64,000 nucleotides of DNA, taken from positions 101,742,001 through 101,806,000 of the forward strand of contig OZ360227.1 in assembly GCA_977017645.1 (NCBI GenBank), read 5' to 3'. Made by a program: the position numbers and the translations under genes. The first letter of the stretch is position 1, and each line of letters starts with the position of its first letter. The notes beneath the pieces were generated by a model. That model was not told where the DNA came from. It saw only the letters and a list, made by a program, of their open reading frames with translations, and did no database searches. Of the stretch, positions 12,861-27,070 are shown in pieces. The stretch is from Torpedo marmorata. Taxonomy: Eukaryota.

Positions 12861-15800
12861 CTTTTGTTTTCGTGGTTTCGAGAACGAATTATCAGGATTG
12901 ATGGCGTTAAACATGCTCCATCTATTCTACTCTAAAGGCGTATGAACGGGACGGCGAAAGAAAAAAAAAATTGAAACGTATGCTGACGTGGAATTCATCT
13001 TGATTGATTCTAAGGGTAAAAGAGTCATGTGATCCAATGTAGAAATTACCATATATCATTAAGATCCATCCTTGGGAACCCGTAGATAATTCGAAGTGAG
13101 CCTATCGGCTTCAGTTGTTGCAAGTTAGCTGTGTTTCTTTCTCAGGACCAAGATTCGCGTTTTGACTCAGGAGTAAGCAAACTCTATAACAAATAATTAA
13201 GTGTTCGCATCATAGTCTGTCACAGATTCATTTGTATCTATGGAAACTTCAAAACCGTCAATTAAGTTTCATTGGCTGGCGAATTCATATTCATAAATAT
13301 GAGCCATATACTGTCAGACAGAATATAAAATTATTAACATTTATCATAAATTCCTTGGGTAACTAAGATAATTTATAAATAATTTTGTGTTGGTAAATGT
13401 AAATGCTGCGTGCAGACTAAACTCTATTTCATGGTCGAATATAATTTTCATTACATGTATCATAATTAAAGAACGTAGAAATGCCTATCAAAGTAAAGGA
13501 TAATGAAACAAGTTTGAAAAGGTTAAATTTTGAATCTTTTCCTTAAATATATAAAATCATGTATGAACTTTCTATTGACAAGGATATGAAATTAACTTTT
13601 ATTTTTATCACTTTCAAATAATAATATATTCATTACATTACTTAAAAACTGTCCTATGAGTTTGAATTTGACGTAATATTTTAGCACTCCCAGGAAATGT
13701 ATAAATCACACAAAATTTCGAAGGCTGGAGCCTCGTGAACTGCAGGAAAAAGCCCCTACTCCCTGATGATTAACACCAAAATATGGCTGTATTACAATAT
13801 TTATAATATTCTCAGGACACCAGATTTAAGGGAGGTGCACGTGTTTCACAAGAATGACACAGGTTCCTTTATGGATTGTAAAATTAAAACAATGGAAATG
13901 TAGAAAAAGCAAAGTCGTATTCTAACAGTTCAGAATTTGTTTTCAATACTCTTCAGGATTAAGACCAGCGCATTGCTTTCCTTGATCTACCTCATTCCAA
14001 CAATCTGGATATTTCTTTTCAAGATATTTTGATTGACATAAGAGCGAAATTCTGGTTTAAAATGTGTTTGAATCTCCATTGCAGCTGTTTTAATGGAATA
14101 CCAGACAAACGAGAATTCAGCCGGTTAAGCGTGTATGTAACTACCAAATGCCCATTGATATATAGGAAAAATAGCTTAACAGAGAAAAAGTTCTATTCGT
14201 ATTGATTTTAACTTCATGCATTCATCAATGAATGCTTGTGATTACTTACAAACGACTAAATATCACGCACGGTCAGTGTTGGTCAGACTACATTTGACCG
14301 TTTAAGTCATAATGCTGTGCAACTTACTCGAACAACCTAAGAATAGCCCCTATCCTGACTGAATGGGAAGGCTTTATTGTTGCGTATTGAACCAATTTCT
14401 TTTAATGGTTACAGATTTTTTTCGGGAATATATAGATTCACAGAAACGTCTAAAAGTAACAGACATGTGAAGTTAGATTAGTTTATTCTACGAGCACAGA
14501 TATAAAATGTGACATCCGGTCGATGCCAGCAGAAGACATGTGACATTGTACTGCTTTGATTAGTCAGGACTGGTATATCGTGCGGCCTTTGTTTATTGTA
14601 AAATATTAATGTCAATTAATCTCAAAACAAATGAAAAAATTGAAACGGAATACAGCTGCCTGATCTAGCGTATGGTTAGTGGTGACAATTACAACAAAAA
14701 ATATAGTAAACACGAATAAAGGATAGCGTGCAGGGTATTGAGTATCATTGCAGTTAAGTTACTAGAAATGCGTCACTTCCAACACACACATACCACATAG
14801 GGGGACTTTAAACTTTCTGTTTCAACCTTATTTTGTTTTATTACTGTAGATCTCATGGCTGAGGGTTCTATTCATAGATTCGTGAATTATACAATTAGTT
14901 AAATTGTGCTTTGATTGTAATATGGCTTCTGTTGTTCTATATAGTTACTGCAAAACGTTAATGTGCTGGCAAAAACCTCAATGTAATTTGCCACGATTGA
15001 TAAAAACGGAACTATCAAATAGCATTAGCCAATAGTTCTGAATGAGCCTGTTCAATAATATGGCAACAGCTATAAGTAGAACGAGAATTAAGCGTGGCCT
15101 TTGTTCTCGTCTCGTGTTCGGAGCTCACTTAACGCTTGTTGCTCGCAAATATTTAACACGCCGCAGAACGTTGATAACGAATCAACGTTAATTCGCTTTA
15201 CAAGATGTGTGTTTTTATATTGTACAAGTTTGAATATTATTCTCTTACATGCGATATAAATCGAAGCACTAAAGCAGTTTGTAGGGTAGTTTTTTTTCTT
15301 ACGCAATGCATCAAGGCGACGATCTATAGTTTCAGTTTTGAAGATCCAGCAAAATATTTGCTTCGTTTTTTGTTTGCACCTCGGCAAACTTTACATATTT
15401 CCAACGTGGAAACAACATTCATTGGTCAAGCAAAGTACATATCAGTGGAATGTTAGGCTTCTGCAGTCCAAAACGAGACTCTAACTTGACCTTAACTTTG
15501 TTATGGCGCCCCCAGTATCTGGAGAGCGTGCAGAGACACCGTCTGGCAGCTCGACAATAAAACTGAGATGGAAAAGAGATTCTGAGCAATTCGACCGAAT
15601 GTCGAACAATTTCCCAAAGCTTGGGGTAAAATTGCTGTATATTCAGTAGCATTGTTACAATATATTTAGATGTAAATGCATTTTTTTTAGTTAATCTTAT
15701 CCAACAGATTAATGTAAATTACGGAATGAAATAATAGTCCATACTTAATAGTAATCGCATATTGTGCACCAGAAAAAAAAAAACATTCAGAAATTCAGCG

Positions 15801-18800
15801 CCACGCTCAGGGCTGATGCTTCCTATCAAAATACCAGCCGTTAAAATCGCATGACGATATTTAAAATTCAATTTCTAAGTTAATTGGCAAGTCAATTCGT
15901 AACGCCTAAGTACTCGAATCCCGGGCACTTTTATTTAAAATTTGAACCAGAAGGACAATAACTAACAAATATTTTTGATTTAGATGAATGTATGGCCTTT
16001 CGGTGTTTATATCTTTTCAGAATCTGGAAAGGCCTACATGCTTCAAGAGTATGTGCATATTCATGTGATTTAAAGTCAAAGAAGCGGTGGAAATATTACG
16101 GTCATATTTGTGATTGCACGGAGTTCTCGCAGCAAATGAACAATATCTTTGCAAATTGCTGCATGCGTTCATTTCAACGTATTTAATGGTGAAATCCACA
16201 GAATATTATGTAAATACGTACCAATCCTGGTAAAAATGGAATTTGATGGAACCTTTATCCATGTATCCTAATCTGAAGTATTTTCTGTCATAAAACCCAC
16301 CTGCCTGAAAAGTAAAAGGCTCCAGACAATTATAGTACTTCTCTTTTCATTGCCCAGTCTACAGGAACACAGGGAACTGCGTGTAACATCGCGGCTACAG
16401 GCATCTTCTTTTTATTTCATTTACTTGCTAGAAACACGAAGCCCAAGAACTAGGACATCGTTTTACCACAAGGAAGTATTTTAATGTAGCGCGAGGATCA
16501 TTTTAATTCTGTTAAATATGTGAGTGTGTGGTTTGCAGCACTTCCTCGTCTACATAGATCGACTGAAACAAAACACTGTTTGAATTTGAAGAACGTCGTT
16601 ATCCCAAAAACTAACTGTTCGCTTCTTATTCATGAAACTTTGTTGATGAATCACAAAAGTTTATGCAATATTATGTCACTGTATGTAATCAATTATTATT
16701 TCTTTGTATTGATATGTTTCAATAAACCTTTTTAAAAGACTCATGAAAATCGCACGATGCATGTTTAATTAATGGGAGCCCAGACAAATGGCGGGATTGG
16801 AAGTAACTGGCTGTTTTCTGCCCACCTCCGCCCTGATTTGCTAGAAAGAGAAGTACAGAGACTGCATGTCATTTGTTCTCGTTTACATCTTCTGCTAAAT
16901 GTTCAGATACAGATGCAAAGAGTTTATCTAACAGTCCTTGTTGATTAGCAATCACAACTTGATAGAATAAAACATTTAAATTCATTAGAAGTCTACCATA
17001 CTTGAATCCGTCAATTAATAAAATGAGTTCGTTCGGACCTGGCCGTGATGTTATTCATAAAAGGGAAGTGAAATGATCTTCTTCGGAAGAGGTTGCTACC
17101 TTTTGACTCCATTCTTGAAAATCGATCACTATTGCTTTAGTTCTAGGAAGCAATAATTTCTAAACTGTTCAGCAAAAAAAGTAAGTCGCTCCATCAGGCT
17201 GCAGGAAATTAAACGAATAAAAAGCGAATTATGGCTTCAAATGAAATAGGTCGCATCTTATAATCGATCAAATAACTTCTAATCTACCGGAAAGACTATG
17301 TGATTTCATTTGAATTATTTTATACTTTTGTCTTCACTTGTTTGTCTTGTAGCTGTTTGCTCTTTCAGAGGGCGAATAATTTGAAATTAATAGTTAAGAT
17401 TCCCATAGTGAGGCACCTAAATATTTCCTTCCAAATACCGGCATAAAAATAAGTTTTCCATAATACCTCTCAAACTAGAGAATTAAATCGCTTCTTTAAC
17501 AAATGAAACCCAATACATTAAAAGTGAAAGAGAAGATCACGGGTTTCTTAAATTATTATTCAGATTCTACTGGGCACCGTTATCGCATTAGTATGGGAAG
17601 AAGTGTTTGCTTCGTTTATTCCGGATTCGATATATTTTAATTTTTATTGTTTTAAAATATTCAAGCGGCCGCTACGTGTTCCCCAGTCCAATCCTCGTTA
17701 ATCGGTAAACTCGGTAAAAAAAATATTGTGGAAAACGAGTTCGCGTGTATAGTAATGGAGCAACATTGGTGCCTTCTCAATGACATCGCTTGGAAGCGAT
17801 TGATTTGGAAACGATCTACCTTGTAATTTGTCTATTTGGCTCTTGATATTTCCGCAGCTTATGCATCAAAGTTAATATTATATGTCCGAATTAAAAATCT
17901 AGTGCATAAATACTGGATCATTTTTGAATTCGTCCCCTCAATAAATATGTTACTGAACCAGAACAATAGCAATAAATTAATTGTAAAAAAGAGGCGTGTT
18001 TTTATTATTATGCTCGATGTGGCCCTTCAAAGGAAGCAAGAAAAATACAAATATGAAACTGTTTATCAACTGCATGTTTATTTATTTTCTGGCACGATTG
18101 CTTACTTGTTTTATTGTACCTGCCAGTTTCACCTGTAATTTCAGTAGAGTAACTCCGAATAAGGCGGACTGGGTAGGTGCAATCTTGAAAACAACATAGC
18201 ACCAATATTGAAGCCTGGCACACAATTTAAATCATGTAAACGCACCAATTCCGAAAGATGAATTTAACATTGCTGGTTAAACATGTCTCTTTGCAAGATC
18301 TTCGTTCATCTTAGAATTAATCGGTTTACCGGCTCCAACTCTACAACACAATTAGGAAAGAATATGACGGATATACAAATGAACATTTGTTTCAACATTC
18401 GTTTTATTATTACTCAATTTACATAGGTAGAGTGCATGCATAATATTTATATACTTACGATTAAAATACTAAGGTTCAATTTTAATTACCTTTTGTACTT
18501 ACATTCTCAAAATGCAGAATATCTGCTTGTTGATCAAGTGGACAGCCGTGGAACAATTTAACCAAACCGAAGACATGAAATAATTACAAATGTCATTGAA
18601 ACTAATCAATGATGATGAGAAGGCGCTGGCACGTTATGCGTGAACAGCAAGATACAGGCTAAAAAAAAAGTCTCTTTATTTTTGCCTGTCGATTAATTTC
18701 CTGCTGTAACAAAATTTCACGAGGTATCCGTAGTTTGCATCTCAGTCCCTGTATGTTGCTGAGGTTTAACTAAACCAACACGCCCTGGACTAGAGGCAGT

Positions 18801-18966
18801 GGCAATGTAATGGTAGAGAGCTGTTTTATATGACAGCACATCAAAGGAGCACCTTTCCATTAAAACAATGGATGTTCTTGATCTACATGCTTTCTGTGAG
18901 CAAGCTTAATTACCAGATAAAGTTCAATTCACGACCTTGAAACTCACATTTAAATTTTACTTTGGC

Positions 18967-19205
18967 CTAAAAGAGTGAAAGCGTTTGTTCGCGCATAACA
19001 AGTCTCTTCTTTTTCATGCGCCGGTTTTGAAACCAGATTTTTACTTGCTGGTCGCTCAGATTTAGTCTATCGGACAATTCCTTTCTCTTCTGTCGATTGA
19101 TAAACTCGTTCGCGAGGAATTCATTTTCAAGTTCAGCTATCTGTTGCTTTGTGTATGGCTTACGTTTCCTCCTTGATCTCACTTGGGTTGGGCACCACGA
19201 TAACC
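18967..19205 (-). CDS. HOXD12: HoxD12 exon 2 (homeobox); spliced protein 272 aa
   Basis: Acceptor ttgcag|; encodes [79 protein letters not shown]. Confidence 0.96.
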
Positions 19206-19907
19206 CTGCAAATCGAAATTAGAAAAGAACACGCTGAAGGAATTGTAGCACTTTACCATACCTATTTAAACTTTGAGTGTGATTTTTTTTTTAGTTCAGG
19301 CCGTTGTCAGCATTTAAAAATGAACATTTTTGTTATTCTTAGACACGATATTCTCTATTTTGGTGACCTTTAATCTTACAAACAAAAGTCAACACTGTTA
19401 AATCATTTAATGAGTCAAGAGCCAAATATAATTAACACAAATATTTAAATAATATATCCGATTGTCTTCATATTATGTCACAGTTAACGCGAAAAAAAAC
19501 TCTCTAATTTAAATCCTAACAAAGCATCTCCTTAACTTTTGTTTCTAAATAAAATGACAAAACATCGGAAATCAGATACATTCTCTTCCTCGTTAAAAGT
19601 CGACTAAAATTTAAACGGAAACATCAGCGTTGTAATTTACGTGTTAGTTAAAATAACTATTTATCACCAATGATTTGTCATCATGCTTTGAGTTTCATTG
19701 TTTGTTATTATTTCGTCAGAATAGTTTTTGAATTTACAATAATTGTTTTCATGGTGCTTTTGATTGATTTAAGCATAACTGTGCCAGGATCACTGTTTGA
19801 TGTTCAGCAACTGAAATTCACGTAAAGATGACAGGTAGCACGTTGAACAAGGAAGGATACCGCATTTTTCAAATGGTCATTGCTTTAATTTTGCACTGAT
19901 ACTATAC

Positions 19908-20487
19908 CATCGGAGGATCTGTCGCACACTGGCGTTACTGATGACTGTAATGACATATTGAGGCTCACACATTGCTTGCCCCCTTCATTTACAGAGGGAG
20001 AGGTGGAATTCAATTCAAAGCCTTGATTATGTAATGACGAGCCATGGAGAGATGTTTCCACGTTTAGGTACTCATACTTGGCAGGATTGATGTTGACTGA
20101 AGAGGGGATGTTGGTATCACTTGGATAGGACTGATTGTGTCTGTATCTCTCGTCCAGTTTTCGGCTGCTGTCTTGGAAGTAATATTTGTTAGGCTCTTCG
20201 CCGGCTGCAGCTTTGTCTGATCCATGCCTATTGATGCTGATGGAAACTGAGTTGCTGAGATAGGACTGAGAGTAGCCGCTGAAGGCGCGGCTCTGCGGCG
20301 GCGATGCGCATGGACTGGAAGTCCACGGGAACGAGCACACCTCCCTGCGTGTGCAAGAGAGTGCTGGTGACAGATTTGCCAGTTGAGCCGCATTCGGACG
20401 CAGGTTAGGGAAGTAGAAGGGCTCCGGGCTGGCAAAATTTAACAGAGAGCCGACATAACCTGAATTTAGCAGATTGTGCTCGCACAT
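19908..20487 (-). CDS. HOXD12: HoxD12 exon 1
   Basis: MCEHNLLNSGYVGSLLNF...FYFPNLR is the Hox12 N-terminus. Donor G|GTATAG at 19907; 580 nt, phase 1. Confidence 0.95.
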
Positions 20488-23147
20488 TTCCGAGAAGCGC
20501 GATCAGCTCTTCTCTGTCTCCTATTTAGCTTCCAGACAGAGATAAATGAAAGGCGCTCGCCGATTGGCTCCAGGAGGATCACAAGACAAGCGGAAGCAGC
20601 TTTTTTTGGCACCGCCTTCGTCCCAACACAACTCGCAACCGAAATGTCCAAGTCCACGTCCATGTGTACTTCACCCCCTTACGGCTGTTAGTGCGATGCC
20701 GTAACGGGATGCAAATATAGTTCAGAAAAATACTTTTATGTAATAATTATAACATCCTGTATGCAACTATACTACGGGATAACTGCTCTATTGGTTACAT
20801 TCGAAATTTGATGAATTTGATAAACGCATATTGTATTTGCTTTCAACCCGAAATTATTCCATGTTATGTTAAGTATTTCAAAACAGTTAAAATTCTTCAA
20901 AACATCAAACTCATCTGATACATTAGCTGAGATAATACATTATTCTATAATAGTATCCAAGAGTAATATCTATTTAGGTCGAATAAACGTGGAACATTTC
21001 CAATAAAATGCCTCGACTATTTATATTTGGCACGTTTTTTTATTCGTGTATCAGTAAGTATCTTCGTGCAGTCCAAATCCCTTCTGAACCACATCCATGT
21101 GTAAATTCGACAACTTACATATTTTGTTTCTGTTATCAAATCGAAGACTTTCAAAAATCAAACACGTGAACATTCATTCAAATCTTCTAAAGAGGTTAGA
21201 AAAATATATTCTATGCCAAAATAATTTTGAGACTAGTAAAAAAAATTCGAATACGCCAATTTACAAGTTGAATGCAATGTGCTAAGGCTCGTTTCAGTGT
21301 TTAGCAAGTAAATACATATTAAAAATAAAATTATACTGTGCGTAGATCGACATTATTTTTGCTGTAAAGTAAATGGCAAACATGCTCCCAATCTCGTAGT
21401 CAAATGTAATCATCTCAGGCATTTTGACTTTTAAAAATCAACTCGTTTATCACATTAAAACCTGTAATTCGTTTGTTGGTGGAAACTAAAATGGCTCTGT
21501 TCCCAGCGTGTCCATATTTTAACAGAATAGTGTTGTGCAGCCCTAACGTGTGCGGCTGGGTTTAAAAAATACTGACGGTATTTTGATTATAAATTTGTGT
21601 TTACAATGCGAATATTTAAGTAGATTTTTGAAAATTGGATTTTATCCTTCTTTAATTTGAAGGTGTTTTGTTGAAAAGGTACAAGATGTCTGAAGATTGC
21701 CATCTGTAAATTAGAGCGTCGCAAACCCTCACTTTAATTCAAAACGAATGGAAATCTCGAAATTTTTGCTGAAGCAAATGCTAGCAGATTTTCCAACATT
21801 GGTGTCAAGATCACAAGAGTGAATCGTTTCTTGCGTTATCTGCTTTTAACTTTGATATTTGACTGATTTGTAAAACCACGCGAGAAACATCAAAATCCTT
21901 AATGGTTAAAATATTAACATGGCGCTTAACACCATTTATCAGCTGCAAAGCAAATGTAATAACATTAATCCAAATGTGTATATCCTTATCGAACTATACA
22001 TTTTATTCTGTCAAAATTTATTTTAGATAATCAAAAGTCACTCATGCCCCCTAAAGTAACATATATAACGTGGCATCGACTGCAGAAACACATTTTGTTT
22101 TGTTTGCAATATAAGTTACTGCGTCTATAATTGAACAAAGTGCTTCACTCTTTAAATATACATACCTATCTACAACTTCACCAAAAAATGGTCCTTTCAG
22201 TGCAAATCACGAGCAGTAAAATCAGAGCAGACACCGCCACCATATCCTCACCGGAAGGAAAAAGGACTGTTTGTCCCCTGTCCTTTTATGACCCAACGAT
22301 TCTCTACAAAAATCTCGAAAAATGTTTCCTTCAGTAGGACATCAAAATCCAAAAACAATTACAAAGGCTTTCTATCGAATCTTGCAAAATCTTGAAATTA
22401 CTCTGAAATTAAACTGTGGCCCAGTTCAAGGTCAATGTCGAATGAGATCAAATCGCTGATTTGTTTACTATGCATATTCTTACATTGTTTAAGATTAATA
22501 TATGCTTTGCCATTTCAGTTTGAAGCTGGGCGTCAGGTAATGCACAATGAAATTTTCATTTGATTTAATGCAACCAAGGAATGCACTCGGGTCCCGAAGC
22601 TCGCTTTACAACCTCTATAACAAAAAGCTGTTTTATTTTTAATTATGATTCTCAAACTTCTTATGCAATCCCGGTTAGCCTTTAAGTTCTGTTTATGATA
22701 TTTTATCGCTGCGCATTGAAAAAAAAAACGAAAAAAATATATGCCATAGAAACTATCCGTGCGGAGGGGCAGAATTACTTAGAACATAATTCCAATTCGG
22801 GATGCGCCGTGTTTTCAGGGATCTAAATACCAAATAGACCTATATATAGAAATATCATATTATGCATGACTTCGTGAAATCCTGCTGAGTTTAAATAATG
22901 AGAAATATACCTCAGTTTTTTACACGTTGAACACTGGCCTTCGAAAATCTCATTCAAATTGGTTCAGTCAAAGACATGTTTTCTCGTGCTTTCCTTGAAC
23001 AAAAAATACCCATGCATCCTATCATTAAGACCACGGAAATAAAAAAAAGGCAAAATTCTCCAACCTAAAGTTACGACCGAACGACCATCTTGAAGCCCGC
23101 GCTTCAGTTCCAACAACTGTGTTCCTTCATGTTTTACAGCAGGTTAT

Positions 23148-23161
23148 CCAGCAGATGGCGA
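23148..23161 (+). promoter_or_regulatory. CTCF consensus site between HoxD12 and HoxD13
   Basis: CCAGCAGATGGCG matches the CTCF core CCASYAGRKGGCR at all 13 positions. Motif match only. Confidence 0.65.
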
Positions 23162-25669
23162 ACTAATTCCGTGGTCAAGATAGCTTTTATTATTCATGAT
23201 GCTAAATAAAGTCAAGGTCAAAGACTATAACCATAGTCAAGGTCAATGGTAAATAGAAATCTGACGTCAGAAGTGTGAACATCCCTGCAGAAATATATTT
23301 TAATGTCACAAAGTTCCAACAAATTTAACGGAGAAATGTCAGATTGTGTGCACATGATCTGACTTTGAATGTAACATGAGGAAACATAAATCTGTTACAT
23401 TTGTTTCTACGTTTGACCAACAGAACTTATCACAATGCACAGGAATATGGTTAGCAATTGTAAGCAGGTGGTAAATAAAGATGGCAGGGTCAACAGCATT
23501 ATCACCTACTAAGTTAGTGCTCATATGAAAGCAATGAATCTCACATAATTCTAAATTTCATCACTTAATATGTCTATTTTGAAACTAGGAACTGATTTAT
23601 CGCCTCCACCCCACTTCCACTTCCTTGAACTTCAATATTCACCCCATTCTTTTCTTGAAGGAGCGCGTTGGAAATCCAGGCTGGCTTTTAACTGCTCTGA
23701 ACACGTTACCCATATTATCATGGGTACACACGGTTGCCAACAGGGACGATACAATTAATACTTACTTTTGACATCTCTGCGGAGATCGTTATATTTCCAA
23801 GTGTCTCAGTAATATCAAAGGAATGAAATGAGGTCTATGGTGTGCACACGGAAAGAGATTTCACTGTGAATATTTTGGCAAGCCCAATGTAAAGTAGTCG
23901 CTTCTGATATCCACCGGGTAATCCACTTTATTTATTTGGGTGCAATACTTATGTAATGTTGAAGTGCTTCTATGTGATAAACGTGGGCATTGTTTTCAAT
24001 TAATCTGCAAAACGCGAAAATCAGATGTTGCAATTGAGTAGTTTTTAAAGAAATCTCGGAATTGTATTCTACTGTAATTCCAAGCAATTTTGCATTTTAC
24101 TCACGTCTGGACATGACAGAGCGAAACCATTCTGACAAATTATGCTATTCATAATTTGTTTTAAAGCACAGCTACATAGATATCTTGCATATTTAGAGAA
24201 TCTTAAATTATGTTTACAAAATACCCAAAAAGCTTATGGGCGTACAAACATATGTCATTAAAACATCAAATAGCATCTTTTCAGTTTTAGTTCCTTCCAG
24301 TTTATAAATGAAACAATGTCTATTTATTCCCTTTATTTGAATTTCACAGATAAAATGCAATATTGCAATGAATTCTGAACATTCATTCAAGCATTGTACA
24401 GTTCAATATGATACACGAGGATGTACTAAAATATGCCGAATTAATTTACAAGAAATATAAAACTTCGACACAGTTGAAGAGTGATTTGTTTTAATTTTTA
24501 CATAGCATTAATCCATGTAAGAAAACGACACAATATCAAATTTAAAATGTCCTAGGTAAAGAAAACGAGGGAAATATGAACAATGCTTATTTTAAAAATA
24601 TACATAAAACACCGGAATGATGTTCATGATTTACTCATATAGTAATTGTGATTAAAATAAAGAAGTAACATAATGAGCCATTAATTAGAAAATAGCTGAA
24701 GAGAGTTCAATTAAAGATTCCGCATTCAAAATATCAATCGGGCTTTCAAATATATTAACATTTGTTTTGAAAATAACAGTTCAAAGAACAAAATATTCAA
24801 AAGGTAGAAACATCGCCGTTCTTATTTTAACATAACAAATATACACGAAGACGTTTAAATTGGACAAATATTTCACTTGAAACTGATGTTTCTCTTTAAT
24901 TACTACATTTGCTTTCGGAAATGTGTTACCTAAAATTTTTCTGCTGTTAATCAACGTACAGCTTTTTCGGTATATGGACTAAATAATTTGTTATCAACAT
25001 GATTGTAAATTCGCTGCGGATTAAAATAACAATAGTACGACGTTTCGCTGCACGGAGTCTGCACTGTTGCAAATAATATCTGATGGGCATTAATTTTAAC
25101 ACTACATTTTCAATCACTAAATGATTTTTGCTCGCATTTGCGATTACCATTTGACCCCATTCACAATGCAGCTTGGCATTTCTTGCAAAACATGACAAAA
25201 TGTTAAAATGGAAATAAATATCGTCGTACACGAAGCAAGAAAGTAGCAAACTTTATTTAATGTCAGCGTTTGGGTCTAAACGTATTATCAGTTGACATTT
25301 TATCTCCATATTTCGAAAAATCGCTCAATTTATCTGAATTCAGAAAATATTATTAAGACGGAAAAAACATTTTTTTGCAACTTGTGCACTATCGCTCGTG
25401 AAAATGATCCAGCACGGTAACGCGATACAAATATATCAATGTAGAATTAGTCGCTCTCTCAAAGGAGTGCCTCATTTGTTCTCATGTGGTGATGAGTCAC
25501 ATTTAGCATTTTAGCAAAGTTTTGCAATAACTTGCCACTTCAAGATTTTTTTTGTTTATAAATCCGAATATGTTGCTTACTGTCTCCCACCTTTAGTTAT
25601 CTTCCGTTTGTAAAATACCATTATGTATAATTTACGATGCGCCATTGTTGGCTTGTGATGTCTGCGCAA

Positions 25670-25920
25670 TCAAGGTATACTTTCTTTGACTTTGGAAACC
25701 ACTTTTTTCTCTTTGACTCTTCTGTTCTGAAACCAAATGGTAACTTGTCTTTCGGTAAGGTTGGTGGTTGTAGATATCCTTCGTCTTTTTTCCTTGGTTA
25801 TGAATTTATTAGTGGCATATTCTCGCTCGAGTTCTTTAAGCTGCATTTTCGTATAGGGAACCCTTTTCTTCCTCCCTCGCCTGTAAATGTTTATATCTGT
25901 CTGATTGTGCATCACATCTC
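25670..25920 (-). CDS. HOXD13: HoxD13 exon 2 (homeobox); spliced protein 311 aa from ATG 26932
   Basis: Acceptor ttctcttcag|; encodes [70 protein letters not shown]. Confidence 0.96.
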
Positions 25921-26247
25921 CTGAAGAGAAAATGTAAATTAGAAGAACATAAGCTCCAAGAAGCTTCAGCTGAAAAGGGAGGGGAAAATAAAAGGGAGGA
26001 GATGGTGAAAGTTTTTTTTAATAACACGCTTGAATATTTGGTACATTTGATAACTCATTTGAGATTTTTAAGCATTCAGACAAATGCATCTGATATATGG
26101 GTTCTAAATGTTATTTATTTTAAATATTCCAAATGGAAAAATAAATTAGAACATTCCCCATAAAGGTAAATGAAAGTTTCCTCCATTTTCTTTGGTTAAC
26201 ATTAAAATGAGTTTGAAATATTTTTCTGTGAAAATATTTTATGATAC

Positions 26248-26932
26248 CTGAAAGAGGCGATTTCCAAAAATGTGAAGACTGTGTCTGATCTTTAGGGCAA
26301 TACACTTGACCATTCCAGCCATTAGCAAAGGTCCAAGGCTGGTAACCCTCCATGGATATTAAGGCTTCATGCCTAGGCTCTCCGTGGCCACTTATGGTCG
26401 GGACTACTGGAACGTCCAAATAACTAGATACCCGTTGATAAGGATTAGGGTAACTCTGATAAAAAGCAAATTCTTTTGCCCGAGTTGACACCTCATCACT
26501 GGGGATAGAACTGTTGGTCAAACCCGAAACATCCATGTATTTGTCCACCGGGTAACCGGCTAGAGACGCGTGAGCACCAGATTTCAGTCCTGCTTGCTGT
26601 ATACCAACATTTCGACAACTGTAATAGCTGCTTCCAAAATGATAGCCATAACTGAAGGCTGGGTTTGAAGGGCTTTGAGGAGCTGGACATGGGCTGCATT
26701 GCTTAGCTGGTTCAGAAGTGACAGAATGCGTCCGATCTCCGCCTGAGTAAGCAGTTCCCGAAGATAAGGAGTTGTGATGAGGTCCAAATGCAGAGGCAGA
26801 TAGAAAATTCCTGCATTGATTTGAAGGGACGTTCCCACCCAATCCTTCCATCTCCGGATTATTCGTATTGTTTCTGTTGTGCAGGTATCTGACAGTATCA
26901 GTTCTCCAAGGGGCTGAAAGAAGAGCTGTCAT
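26248..26932 (-). CDS. HOXD13: HoxD13 exon 1
   Basis: Hox13 motifs [48 protein letters not shown]. Donor CAG|GTATC at 26247; phase 1. The start is either ATG 26932 (MTALL) or ATG 26851 (MEGLG). Confidence 0.92.
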
Positions 26933-26959
26933 ATCACGACCCACTGCAAACTAAGTACT

Positions 26960-27070
26960 GCTTTATAAAAGCAGTCTCGGGAGTGGAAAGATGTGCTTAT
27001 TTTCACTGATGAGAGTGTGCATTGCGCGAGTGCAACGCGATAGGTCGGTTGTGACCACGTGACACGCCGC
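26960..27070 (-). promoter_or_regulatory. HoxD13 proximal promoter motifs
   Basis: E-box GTCACGTGG (minus strand, about 27055-27063) and TATAAA (26962-26967) upstream of exon 1. Confidence 0.5.

Noticed and set aside
20466-20663. 65-aa upstream ORF overlapping the HoxD12 start out of frame
   Set aside because: A CCAAT box near 20565 suggests the TSS lies downstream of this ATG; no evidence it is transcribed.
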